Source: Nitrosopumilus sp.
GTDB taxonomy: Archaea > Thermoproteota > Nitrososphaeria > Nitrososphaerales > Nitrosopumilaceae
Direction of reading: 5' to 3'
DNA: 64,000 bases
NCBI GenBank assembly: GCA_965203315.1
Contig: CBDBCE010000004.1
Coordinates: 256,001 to 320,000, forward strand
Below the pieces are notes generated by a model that was given only the letters and a program-made list of their open reading frames with translations, was not told the origin of the DNA and did no database searches. The position numbers were made by a program, and so were the translations under genes. Shown here piece after piece: positions 52,243 to 62,718 of the stretch. The first letter of the stretch is position 1, and each line of letters begins with the position of its first letter.

Positions 52243-54852
52243 TTGGCAGAACGCAAAAAACCTTCCAAAAAGAAAGTCGAACACTATACACATCCAAATG
52301 AAAAACGACCAAACAATCCCCAAGTTGGACTAGTCACTCCAGATACTGATCCAGATCAGCCGCGCAAAAGATATTCCTTTGATCCTAGAATTGATCCACA
52401 ACTACAATGGTCTGGAAAACAAGAAAATTCCGAGTTTGACGTGGATACTGTTTCATTACATGTTCATGAGAGAATCGATCCAATCACAATTCTTGAAAAA
52501 GTGTTGAAGAAAGAACCACATCAACAACAGTCCATATTTGCATACTTTGAAACACCCGAAAATAATCCTCCTTTACGGGAAGCCATTGAATTTTACAAGC
52601 ATGAGCATGGTTGGGCTAATCGGTTGATTGCAGGCGACTCATTAATTGTCATGAATTCTCTGCTAGAGAAAGAAGGAATGGTGGGGAAAGTTCAAATGAT
52701 CTATATAGATCCACCGTATGGAATCAAATATGGTTCTAACTTTCAACCCTTTGTCAACAAGTATGATGTCAAAGATGGTAAAGATGAAGATTTGACTTCA
52801 GAACCTGAAACACTCAAAGCATTTAGAGACACATGGGAATTAGGCATACATTCCTATCTATCCTATTTGAGACAGAGACTTTTGCTTGTAAGAGAACTCT
52901 TAACTGACTCTGGAAGTTGTTTTGTTCAGATTTCGGACGAAAATGTACATCTAGTAAGAGTGATAATGGACGAAATATTTGGTAGAAGTAATTTTATAAG
53001 CTTGATCACATTTAGACGAAAACCAAATTCAATGGGAGCAAAAATAATGGGTTCAGTTTCAGACCATATAATTTGGTATGCTAAGGATAAAAAACACATT
53101 AAATCACATAAACTGTTTGAGAGCCGTAATCCAGAATTAGGCAAAACATGGAGTTTTATAGAACTATCTAATGGTATAAGAAGGAAATTAACAAAAGAAG
53201 AAATAGAAAAACCAAATTCAATTCCACCTATGAGTAAAATTTTCACGTCGTATAAATTAGCACCATCTGCATTTAGTCAGGAATACACATTTCCTGTTAT
53301 GTATAAAGACAAAAAATATTTACCACCATACACAGGTGGGGGAAGATGCTGGAAAACTACCAAGGAAGGGATGGATGCACTGATAAAGAAAGATAGAGTA
53401 TTGCCATCTGGAGATACACTAAGATTTGTAGGGTATTGGAATGATTTTCCATATGTTGAGATAGATAATTTATGGTATAAAATATCTACAACAGGTAACA
53501 AAATATATGTTGTTGAGACATCTTCTAATACTATTTCACGATGTATATTGATGACTACAGATCCTGGAGATTTAGTTTTAGACATTACATGTGGAAGTGG
53601 AACTACAGCATACACGTCAGAAAAATTAGGAAGGCGTTGGATTACCTGTGATACTTCACGACTTGCAATTACACTAGCTAAACAACGCCTAATGACAGGA
53701 AAATTTGACTATTATGAAATTATGGAACCTACAGAAGGTGTGTCTTCCGGTTTTAAATATGATACGGCACCACACATTACACTTGGAACAATAGCAAATA
53801 ATGAACCACCACTTGAGGAAATTCTTTATGACAAACCAAAAATAGATAAATCAAAAGTACGAATAACTGGTCCATTTACAGTCGAGGCGGTACCATCACC
53901 CACTGTCAAATCGTTAGATGTCTTATCACATGATGGCAATTCACAAAATGTACAACACAGTAACAACTCACCACAAGAGTATTGGCGAGACGAACTGCTC
54001 AAGACAGGAATTAGAGGAAAGAATAAACAAAAGATCGAATTTACTCATGTCGAATCTCATCCTGCAACAAAATGGCTACACGCAGATGCAGAGACAAAAG
54101 AAGACAAACCAAAACGAGTAATGATATCATTTGGACCAGAACATGCGCCACTAGAACAACGTCAGGTCGCATCAGCTATCGAAGAAGCACAATCCATAGT
54201 CCCAAAACCAAAGATGATAATCTTTGCCGCAATGCAGTTTGATCCTGAAGCTGCAAAAGATATCGACGAATTAAAATGGCCAGGAGTCACAGTTCTCAAG
54301 GTGGAGATGAATAAAGATCTCTTGACTAAGGATCTAAAGAAGAAACGTTCCACCAATGAATCCTTTTGGTTAGTGGGGCAACCCGATGTTGAACTAGATC
54401 TAGTCAATGATGTAGATGATGGTGGTAAAAACAGTAGCAAAAAAGATAGTAAAAAGTCTAGTAAAAACGGTAAAGCGAATAGCAAGTCTAGCCACAAAGA
54501 TGACGATGAATCAAAAAGATACATAATTCGTGTTAATGGCTTTGACTATTACAATACAAATACAGACGAAATAGAGTCTGGGGATTCATCAAAGATTGCA
54601 ATGTGGATGCTCGATACTGACTATGATGGACGCAGTGTATATCCGCAACAAGTATTCTTTCCAATGGAAGGAGATAAAGGAGGATGGAGCAAACTAGCAA
54701 AGACACTACAAGCACAAATAGACGATGAATTAATCTCAAAGTATCATGGAACTGTATCGATTCCATTTACAGCAGGACCAAACAAGAGAGCAGCCGTCAA
54801 GATCATCGACGACCGAGGCATAGAGTCACTAAAGATCATACAGTTGGAATAA
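52243..54852 (+). CDS. mod: Type III-like RM N6-adenine methyltransferase (Mod, beta class)
   Basis: YIDPPY precedes LDITCGSGTT; variable TRD region between them; C-terminal AVKIIDDRG.E. Confidence 0.9.
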   Translation: MAERKKPSKKKVEHYTHPNEKRPNNPQVGLVTPDTDPDQPRKRYSFDPRIDPQLQWSGKQENSEFDVDTVSLHVHERIDPITILEKVLKKEPHQQQSIFAYFETPENNPPLREAIEFYKHEHGWANRLIAGDSLIVMNSLLEKEGMVGKVQMIYIDPPYGIKYGSNFQPFVNKYDVKDGKDEDLTSEPETLKAFRDTWELGIHSYLSYLRQRLLLVRELLTDSGSCFVQISDENVHLVRVIMDEIFGRSNFISLITFRRKPNSMGAKIMGSVSDHIIWYAKDKKHIKSHKLFESRNPELGKTWSFIELSNGIRRKLTKEEIEKPNSIPPMSKIFTSYKLAPSAFSQEYTFPVMYKDKKYLPPYTGGGRCWKTTKEGMDALIKKDRVLPSGDTLRFVGYWNDFPYVEIDNLWYKISTTGNKIYVVETSSNTISRCILMTTDPGDLVLDITCGSGTTAYTSEKLGRRWITCDTSRLAITLAKQRLMTGKFDYYEIMEPTEGVSSGFKYDTAPHITLGTIANNEPPLEEILYDKPKIDKSKVRITGPFTVEAVPSPTVKSLDVLSHDGNSQNVQHSNNSPQEYWRDELLKTGIRGKNKQKIEFTHVESHPATKWLHADAETKEDKPKRVMISFGPEHAPLEQRQVASAIEEAQSIVPKPKMIIFAAMQFDPEAAKDIDELKWPGVTVLKVEMNKDLLTKDLKKKRSTNESFWLVGQPDVELDLVNDVDDGGKNSSKKDSKKSSKNGKANSKSSHKDDDESKRYIIRVNGFDYYNTNTDEIESGDSSKIAMWMLDTDYDGRSVYPQQVFFPMEGDKGGWSKLAKTLQAQIDDELISKYHGTVSIPFTAGPNKRAAVKIIDDRGIESLKIIQLE

Positions 54853-57701
54853 TGACCGGCATAGACAATCTAATCATCTGCAATCCGTATAAAGTGCCAT
54901 CAAAGCACTGGAGATATGATCGTACAAAACGCAAGTTTGATCTAGTACCCGGCAGACGTCCAGCTGGATTTTTGATTGCATCCCAAGACAGTAAATCATT
55001 TGATGATCCTGGTGAATTTAAAGAACTGGGACTAGTAAACAATATTCGTGATAGAGTAGACTCGTGGCGAGAGAGAGGCTACCCAAACATCACCGGTATC
55101 ACAAAACAACTCTTGGAGTTTTGGAACGATGAAACAAAACGTGAAGATAGACTATTCTTTTGTCAACTCGAAGCAATAGAGACTCTGATCTGGTTGGTCG
55201 AAGGTCCAGACTCTGACAAACAAGGCATAGACGTTCCATCAGATGGAGGAGAATTTCAGAGACTATGTTGCAAGATGGCGACTGGTACAGGTAAAACAAT
55301 CGTGATGGCAATGTTGATTGCATGGCAGATACTCAACAAGATCACCTATCCAAGAGATACGAGATTCTCAAAGAATGTATTGATCATGGCGCCAGGTCTG
55401 ACTGTAAAGTCCCGACTACAAGTCTTGTATCCAACAGATCCAAACAACTTTTACGAACAATTTAACCTAGTTCCAGAGTCTCTACTGGATAGACTATACC
55501 GTGGAAACCTCATTATCCACAACTGGCATACATTGATGCCAGAGACAGACGCACCTAGAAGTGTAGTAAAGCTGGGCAAAGAGAGTAACACTGTATTTTC
55601 AAAAAGAATACTGAACCACGATCTAAAGAACATCCTAGTTATCAACGATGAGGCACACCATGCATATCGCGCAAGTACAGATCAAGCAAAAAAGATATCC
55701 AACAGAGATCTAGAACGAGACAAACGTTGGATCGAAGGTCTAGACAAGATACACAACGCAAGAAATATTGTACACTGTTTTGATTTCTCTGCAACGCCTT
55801 TTATTCCGTCAGGCAAGAATGTCAGTGAAGATACTCTGTTTGAATGGATAGTCTCTGACTTTTCACTAAACGATGCAATAGAGTCAGGACTTACCAAGAC
55901 ACCGCGAATAGCGATTCGTGACGACAGTGGCAAATTTACCAAAGAGTATCGTTCTAGATTCTATCACATATACAAAGACGACGAGGTAAAACCAGATCTC
56001 AACCGTAACTCTAAGCCACACGAAGAGCTACCAGATCTCGTATCAAACGCCTACAAGATTCTGGGTCAAGACTGGATAGAGACCAAAAAACTCTGGGATG
56101 AAAAGGGCTCCAAGATTCCTCCTGTAATGATCACAGTATGCAACAAGACAAACGCAGCTGCGCGAGTAACATACTCGTTTGAGAAGAATCGTTTTGATCT
56201 ACCAGAACTATCTGTGCCAGAGTATCTGCTACATATCGACTCGACAACGATAGACAAGGCCGAGTCAAAGAGTGCAATAGATATCAGTTCCACAAAACTA
56301 GAAGACAACTTGCGTGTAAAGGTCGACACAGTTGGTAAAGAGGGCGAGGTAGGTGAGCAGATACGAAATATCGTTGCTGTACAGATGCTCTCTGAAGGCT
56401 GGGATGCACGAAACGTCACACATATCATGGGTCTACGAGCATTCTCTAGCCAACTATTATGTGAACAGGTGGTGGGACGAGGTCTCAGGAGAACGTCATA
56501 CGAGATCGATCCAGAGACTCAACTCTTCTCACCCGAGTATGTGAACGTCTTTGGTGTACCATTTACGTTTCTGCCGCACGAGGGTGGTGACGGTACACCT
56601 CCGCCTCCAACCGCCCCAACCACATCTATATTTCCAGATCCAGAAAAGATACAGCACGAGATATCGTGGCCTAACATCGAACGAATCGATATCGATTACA
56701 CAACCAAACTTGAAGTAGATTGGAGCAAGACTAGTAACATCGAACTATACAGTAGTGGTACAGCTACTAGTGTTGATGTGGCAGATGTGATAGAAGGAAA
56801 ACCTCACACAGACAAGATGACAAATATCAGTCTACATAAACAAGAGCGATTGCAGAGGATCATCTTTCTAGCTGCAAAACATGTCTATGAAGAGATGAGA
56901 CCAAACTGGAAAGGTAACAAAGAGCTACTCTTGATTCAGATCGTAAAGCTAGTCGAAGAGTTTATTCATCTAGACAAGATCATCGTGACCGATGTGATAC
57001 ACGATGAGAAACGTAAAAGGATGACGATACTATTCAATATGCAAAAGATAGTGTCACATGTATGCAAAAGCATCAAAGACAACAACATCGATTCAAGACG
57101 TATTCACTTGAACTCCAAAAAACCAATAAAATCTACGTCTGATATGCGTCCTTGGTCTACAAAAAAGCCTGCCGAGTATACTACAAAATCACACATCAAC
57201 ATGGCAGTATACGACTCTACATGGGAGATGAGCACAGGACAAGAGCTAGAGAGAAACAAGAGTGTGGTATCTTGGGTTCGAAACGCTAGGATCGGCTTTA
57301 ACATAAAGTATCTCTTCAACGGCATAACACATGACTATTATCCAGATTTCATGATCAGATTAAAGAACAACATTACACTAGTTTTAGAGATAAAGGGAAA
57401 AGATGATGCACAGAATAAAGAGAAACGCAAGTATCTTGCAGAGTGGATCGATATTGTAAACGCAACTGGTGTATATGGAACATGGTCGTGGGACGTAGCG
57501 TTTAGTCCAGGTGAGGTTCGTGGAATCATTGCCAAACATAGTTCGTCTAGCGTATCTGCAAACGAGTATACTAGGTGCCCAAAGTGTCACAAATCAGCAG
57601 AGTCTAGACAAGATATCGAGCGAGATTTTGGATTTCGAAACATTGACGGAATCATCAGACCGCAATCATGGTGCAGGTCTTGCAGACGATCAAATGTATA
57701 G
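54852..57701 (+). CDS. res: Type III-like restriction endonuclease/helicase (Res)
   Basis: MATGTGKT, DEAHH, SAT, EGWDA, QVVGRGLR, YPDF..LEIKG nuclease motif; overlaps the mod stop. Confidence 0.9.
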   Translation: MTGIDNLIICNPYKVPSKHWRYDRTKRKFDLVPGRRPAGFLIASQDSKSFDDPGEFKELGLVNNIRDRVDSWRERGYPNITGITKQLLEFWNDETKREDRLFFCQLEAIETLIWLVEGPDSDKQGIDVPSDGGEFQRLCCKMATGTGKTIVMAMLIAWQILNKITYPRDTRFSKNVLIMAPGLTVKSRLQVLYPTDPNNFYEQFNLVPESLLDRLYRGNLIIHNWHTLMPETDAPRSVVKLGKESNTVFSKRILNHDLKNILVINDEAHHAYRASTDQAKKISNRDLERDKRWIEGLDKIHNARNIVHCFDFSATPFIPSGKNVSEDTLFEWIVSDFSLNDAIESGLTKTPRIAIRDDSGKFTKEYRSRFYHIYKDDEVKPDLNRNSKPHEELPDLVSNAYKILGQDWIETKKLWDEKGSKIPPVMITVCNKTNAAARVTYSFEKNRFDLPELSVPEYLLHIDSTTIDKAESKSAIDISSTKLEDNLRVKVDTVGKEGEVGEQIRNIVAVQMLSEGWDARNVTHIMGLRAFSSQLLCEQVVGRGLRRTSYEIDPETQLFSPEYVNVFGVPFTFLPHEGGDGTPPPPTAPTTSIFPDPEKIQHEISWPNIERIDIDYTTKLEVDWSKTSNIELYSSGTATSVDVADVIEGKPHTDKMTNISLHKQERLQRIIFLAAKHVYEEMRPNWKGNKELLLIQIVKLVEEFIHLDKIIVTDVIHDEKRKRMTILFNMQKIVSHVCKSIKDNNIDSRRIHLNSKKPIKSTSDMRPWSTKKPAEYTTKSHINMAVYDSTWEMSTGQELERNKSVVSWVRNARIGFNIKYLFNGITHDYYPDFMIRLKNNITLVLEIKGKDDAQNKEKRKYLAEWIDIVNATGVYGTWSWDVAFSPGEVRGIIAKHSSSSVSANEYTRCPKCHKSAESRQDIERDFGFRNIDGIIRPQSWCRSCRRSNV

Positions 57702-57908
57702 TGCGAGTCTTTTTAACTTGCGGTGTACAGATCTCTCCGATTTACATGGGGTGGCATTTTACAAGACTTGTCCGCCCCTATCAAGACTTGTACTTTTTTT
57801 TTCTGTTAAAATTCTATCTCAAACCGAAGGGATTCTCTCAAAGCGTTTTTGTGTTTGTTTCTTGAATTGATGCCGTACCAGAACAGTGTACTAGAACCTA
57901 CAAGATAC

Positions 57909-57942
57909 TTTTATAAGATACATGGGGGGGGGGGAGTAATTA
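57909..57942 (+). promoter_or_regulatory. Archaeal promoter with G11 tract between TATA box and TTG start
   Basis: TTTTATAA 57909-57916, G11 57924-57934, TTG 57943; homologous to 11545-11577. Confidence 0.75.
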
Positions 57943-60900
57943 TTGAGTAAGTGTCATCTGTTCTTTCTGCTATCCTTGATAGCAGTTGTACCGTTTTTGA
58001 TATTCTATGCACCTGATGCATATGCAGCACCCATTACCATTCCTGAACCCTCTGGTTATCCTACTACTACTAACCTAGATTATTTTGGCTACAATGAAAT
58101 ATACAATAATCGTAGCGCGATTTTAGATTCAGAACTCTTTAGTCCAGAAAACAACAATGACAAGGGAGAGATATACATACAATCAAACACACGTGTACTG
58201 CCCCATCCACAATTTACACCTGGTGAACGTCTTATTTCTGTATTCGATGTTCTGACTAACAATCCTGCTAATATCACAAAGCCTAGTAATGTGGTTGGTA
58301 ATCACAACATTTTGCTAATTCACAGCACTGTTACTACTCCTCCAGGACCTCACACCTACTCTCGTATTCTTAGTGGTAACACTGGAACTGCACCTCTATT
58401 GCTTGATAAAGAGGTGCGAGTCTCGATCAACAGTACAGGGATCTCTTCTCCCAAACCCTTCTTCTTTTCTACCTTTGAGAATATAACTCAGGGGCATCCA
58501 ATACCTGAATGTAGTGCTACCAACTTTGACAGCTCTGCTCAAACTCTAAAAGATAACTACAAGATGTGTTTTGGCATTTTAAATGACTATGTTGTTGTAA
58601 TCACAAAACGCCTTGGACACTTTGGCGTAACGACCACACTGAATGCGCCTAGTACTCCTATAGATATACACGCTCGTACACTATCCATACCACCACTAAC
58701 CAACAAGGACCCGACTGGTACTGCTTTGGTATTTAGATCAGACATCCATAATGACGGTCAGGTATATGCTGCATATGATGCTCGAGCTAGAGTATCCAAT
58801 GTTCTTCCAACTAATTCTCCAGGTGATATTCATATACAGAGTGAAACTTTTACACTCGTAAACGATCTATTCAAGGGTACCGGTGCCTATTCTTGCAGTG
58901 CACATTTTGAGAGTGTTTCATCTATAAACGGACGTGGTACTTATGGTGATTCAAGGATTGAAATGCCAAATAACACATCTCCAGACACAACTGCTGCATA
59001 CGGGCTAGACTTTTACAACGATACTAGTAAAACAACACCGTGCTCACCAGATCCAGAAGCCACCTCTACTGAGCCACTGATAACCAACAAAGAGATACGC
59101 ATTACCATATACAGCGCGACAGACAAAAAACCATTCTACTTTTCACCACGTGACAATATAACCGACGCACAACCAATTCCTGCATGTACAACTGATATGA
59201 TCGACACAAGCAACAACAATGTTCTCAAAGGCGGCAATACTGTATGTTATGGTGTACACGGTAATGACGTGGTCATCATTACAAAACGACTGGTTGGGTT
59301 TTACGGTGCAGCCGACAGCGTCACCACACCTACAAATCCGGTAGACCTCAATCCTGTATCACAGACTCCGTCTCCCACGCCTATTGCTCCACCTGACCTT
59401 TCATCTCTACTAACAATACAACCACTAACTACCGCAAAACCACTTGGCGCTGCTATGCAATTTCTTTCAAACAGTAATACTGACGGTCAGATATATCACT
59501 TACCTAATACTCGAGCTGGTGTAGCCATCGCTTATCAAGGTGACATTTCTCCAGGTGATATTCATCTCCAGGGCAATATTTTCACACTCGTAACCGATCT
59601 ATTCAAGGGTGCTGGTGATTATTCTTGCTGGACACAATTTGAGCGTGTTTCAGGTATAAACACATACGGTAATTACGGTGATTCAGTGCTTGAGATGCCA
59701 AATAACACTTCTCCAAACGCTCAAGCATACGGACTAGACTTTTTTTCCGACGTTCGCAACAAAACAGCAAAATGTTCACCAGATCCAGAAGCTGTACATA
59801 GCCAACCACTAGTAACCGACAAAGAGATACGCATTACCATATACAACGCGACAGACAAATGGCCATTCTACTTTTCACCACGTGACAATATAACTACTGC
59901 TCAACTCATACCTGCATGTACAACTGGTATGATCGATACAAGCAACAACAATGCTCTCAAAGGCGACAATACTCTATGTTATGGTAGAAACGGCGCAGAC
60001 GTAGTCATTATAACAAAACGACTGACTGGGTTTTATGGCGTAGCAGACAGCGTTACAACACCTGCAGATCCAACAGATCTCAATGCCGCCATACCTGTTG
60101 TATCTCTTACCAATCCCGTAACCGGTAAAATACAAACACACGAATACTATACTGAAAAGATAAACAGTACATCTCTGATAGAATATCCCAACCCTGTCTT
60201 TTTGTACAACACATTACCTCTTTGCGAGGACTCTGTTCGTGGCACACATCAGACAATACAAATGACAACAAAAGGAGATATTTTGTTCAAGTATGCTCTA
60301 AATGGAGTACAATTTGACGGCAGGCTATTCCTGACTCTGACAGATCACACTCCCAAAAAGACCATATCGCTAGACTCTAACTTTGTCCAACAGCGTGGTC
60401 ATTGGTACAACTATAACAGTACTCTTCCAAAGAGTATACTGGATCAGTTTGGCAACTTTACCAGCATAAACGCCAGACTGTTTGTGACCAATGACACCAT
60501 ACCAAACAAAAACATATTCAGCAACAGCTCTACAGGTTCACCTCTATACTATAAAAGCCAGAAAAAGGCTATCATGGAGTTGCCAGATGCTGCAGATACA
60601 GTAACCTTTGTACCTGGTAAAGTACCAGGTGTCCGTGGCAATGTACATGTTCCACAGGGTGATACTGTACCACTAACCGCAGAGATACTGTGCCAGTTTG
60701 GTCATATACAACCATCTCCATCAGCTCAGGTATTTGATCTAGGTATATCTGCAGATAACGCAACAAACGGTCTCGAGATCAAGTATGAATTTACATCAAA
60801 GACGTTCTATCAAGGTGCAGAGGAACAGAAACCGACAAAGTTCTTTTGGATTGCAACCGACTCTGACGGCAACTCTGTCAACGGTGATACAACTCGTACC

Positions 60901-62718
60901 ATAACCAATTCATACAACTTTGTCATTCCTCAAAGTACATCCGGTACATATGATATAGTGATATACGGCTCTGATGCTGAACGTACACTAATAGGTACAC
61001 ATGCCGGTTCGTACACGTTTGCAGCTGCATCTGGTACCAACCAAACTGTACCCACACCTGTGACCAATCAAACCACGCCCACAACACATGGCCAAACACT
61101 AACGATAACCATACCAAATACCACTCCGTCTACTGCAACTATTGGTCTCAATACTCAGACAGCAAACGAAATAAAGTTCATCACTAGAGAGACCTCTCAA
61201 GGAAACGGTACTAGATATCATCACCACGATGATGATTCTGATGATACTAGGGCCGATATTACCATCCATTATAACACAAAGATAACCAGCAAAACATTCA
61301 ATGTCACATCAAATTCATTCTGTTATAATGCCGAATTGCAAGTTGGTGATGATATTACGATACCAAAGTTGAACAACTATACGGCATTGGCACTAGAGAT
61401 CACAGACTTTACTCCCAAATGTACCAACTATCCCAATATATCATTTGACGGTAAACTGGTATTAAACAAAGAGGTCTATATACGACTAAACAACACGGAC
61501 GGTCAAAACATCTTTTATCATGTGAACGGTACAAACGACATTGTACAGATACCAAAGTGTACCAGTACCAACTTTAATTCTACCAACAATACACTAAGGG
61601 GCAGTACGGAAATATGTTACGGCAAAGACGGTACAGACACCGTCATCGTATCCAAGATACTTGCAATCTTTGGAGCGACAACAGAGTCTATTCCAAAGCC
61701 TGGTACTTCGACTGGTCCAGGTACAACAAAACCTACGACTGGAGATGATCAAGACGACAAAGACTCTGACACATCAAGAGATCTAGCAAATGCGCCAACC
61801 TTTGGCATCTCACAACTCACGGGTGAACAGCTGGTAACATGTGGCTATAAAATGGACGACACTTGCCGTGATATTACGGGCTATCATGTCCAGTACGAAC
61901 GAGACACGATACAAACCAACACGACACACACATTTGCAATAAAGACACTAGCACCAAACATGTTGCACAACGTTATACTGGCATTTAGTGTACCAAACGT
62001 AGGCTCTCCAGTGAGTGCAGCAGAAGCATACATTTCTGTACATCTTGGAATAAACTATAGTGAACCATCACACCACTATATCACAGATGTTACTATACAC
62101 GATCCAAACAACATCATAGCCTATAATACACAAAACACAACAGTATCTGCTGCATCTTGTTCTGGTACCGAGCTACAATGTACGCAAATAACACTCCCAG
62201 ATGTGCTGTTCCGTGATATGATGAACCATGAACCATTTGCAATACAAGTAACTGATACTCTACGATTCACATCCATAAACTACATGAACGAAGGTGTCTT
62301 TGTCACTGGTACATCCCTAAACGCACCACCAACTGTACAACCAGGACTGACACTATCTAGTGACGATGGTAGACCAGTAAATCTCATTCTAGTCCGTACA
62401 GACAAGGTCTCTGATCTATGGGCAGACGCATTTGGCAACACGTGGAGTCGCAACTCGTTTGGCAACTTTGTCATTGTACAATATGCACCATACGCAGGTA
62501 CCACTCCCGTATGTACAGACATCAACGACAGAATATGTGCACCATTCAAGGCTAAACTCGACTGGCACAATCAAAAGATGATAGAACTACGTGACTCGTT
62601 ATACGATGCATACAAGACAAAGGCATACGCCGAGATCGACAACATCTTCACATACGAGTTTGGTGACATGGACTCTCGCACTAGAACACTGATCAATCTA
62701 GGCTGGCTAACCGAGTAG
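57943..62718 (+). CDS. Large secreted modular surface protein, 1591 aa (paralogue of 11578..20835)
   Basis: Signal peptide; about 4 copies of the same Cys module; near-identical ~1-kb internal block and C-terminal domain. Confidence 0.9.
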   Translation: MSKCHLFFLLSLIAVVPFLIFYAPDAYAAPITIPEPSGYPTTTNLDYFGYNEIYNNRSAILDSELFSPENNNDKGEIYIQSNTRVLPHPQFTPGERLISVFDVLTNNPANITKPSNVVGNHNILLIHSTVTTPPGPHTYSRILSGNTGTAPLLLDKEVRVSINSTGISSPKPFFFSTFENITQGHPIPECSATNFDSSAQTLKDNYKMCFGILNDYVVVITKRLGHFGVTTTLNAPSTPIDIHARTLSIPPLTNKDPTGTALVFRSDIHNDGQVYAAYDARARVSNVLPTNSPGDIHIQSETFTLVNDLFKGTGAYSCSAHFESVSSINGRGTYGDSRIEMPNNTSPDTTAAYGLDFYNDTSKTTPCSPDPEATSTEPLITNKEIRITIYSATDKKPFYFSPRDNITDAQPIPACTTDMIDTSNNNVLKGGNTVCYGVHGNDVVIITKRLVGFYGAADSVTTPTNPVDLNPVSQTPSPTPIAPPDLSSLLTIQPLTTAKPLGAAMQFLSNSNTDGQIYHLPNTRAGVAIAYQGDISPGDIHLQGNIFTLVTDLFKGAGDYSCWTQFERVSGINTYGNYGDSVLEMPNNTSPNAQAYGLDFFSDVRNKTAKCSPDPEAVHSQPLVTDKEIRITIYNATDKWPFYFSPRDNITTAQLIPACTTGMIDTSNNNALKGDNTLCYGRNGADVVIITKRLTGFYGVADSVTTPADPTDLNAAIPVVSLTNPVTGKIQTHEYYTEKINSTSLIEYPNPVFLYNTLPLCEDSVRGTHQTIQMTTKGDILFKYALNGVQFDGRLFLTLTDHTPKKTISLDSNFVQQRGHWYNYNSTLPKSILDQFGNFTSINARLFVTNDTIPNKNIFSNSSTGSPLYYKSQKKAIMELPDAADTVTFVPGKVPGVRGNVHVPQGDTVPLTAEILCQFGHIQPSPSAQVFDLGISADNATNGLEIKYEFTSKTFYQGAEEQKPTKFFWIATDSDGNSVNGDTTRTITNSYNFVIPQSTSGTYDIVIYGSDAERTLIGTHAGSYTFAAASGTNQTVPTPVTNQTTPTTHGQTLTITIPNTTPSTATIGLNTQTANEIKFITRETSQGNGTRYHHHDDDSDDTRADITIHYNTKITSKTFNVTSNSFCYNAELQVGDDITIPKLNNYTALALEITDFTPKCTNYPNISFDGKLVLNKEVYIRLNNTDGQNIFYHVNGTNDIVQIPKCTSTNFNSTNNTLRGSTEICYGKDGTDTVIVSKILAIFGATTESIPKPGTSTGPGTTKPTTGDDQDDKDSDTSRDLANAPTFGISQLTGEQLVTCGYKMDDTCRDITGYHVQYERDTIQTNTTHTFAIKTLAPNMLHNVILAFSVPNVGSPVSAAEAYISVHLGINYSEPSHHYITDVTIHDPNNIIAYNTQNTTVSAASCSGTELQCTQITLPDVLFRDMMNHEPFAIQVTDTLRFTSINYMNEGVFVTGTSLNAPPTVQPGLTLSSDDGRPVNLILVRTDKVSDLWADAFGNTWSRNSFGNFVIVQYAPYAGTTPVCTDINDRICAPFKAKLDWHNQKMIELRDSLYDAYKTKAYAEIDNIFTYEFGDMDSRTRTLINLGWLTE

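Noticed and set aside
16710-62718. Diversity-generating retroelement TR/VR pair between the giant genes
   Set aside because: No reverse transcriptase in the window, both copies are coding, and the differences I saw are not adenine-specific.
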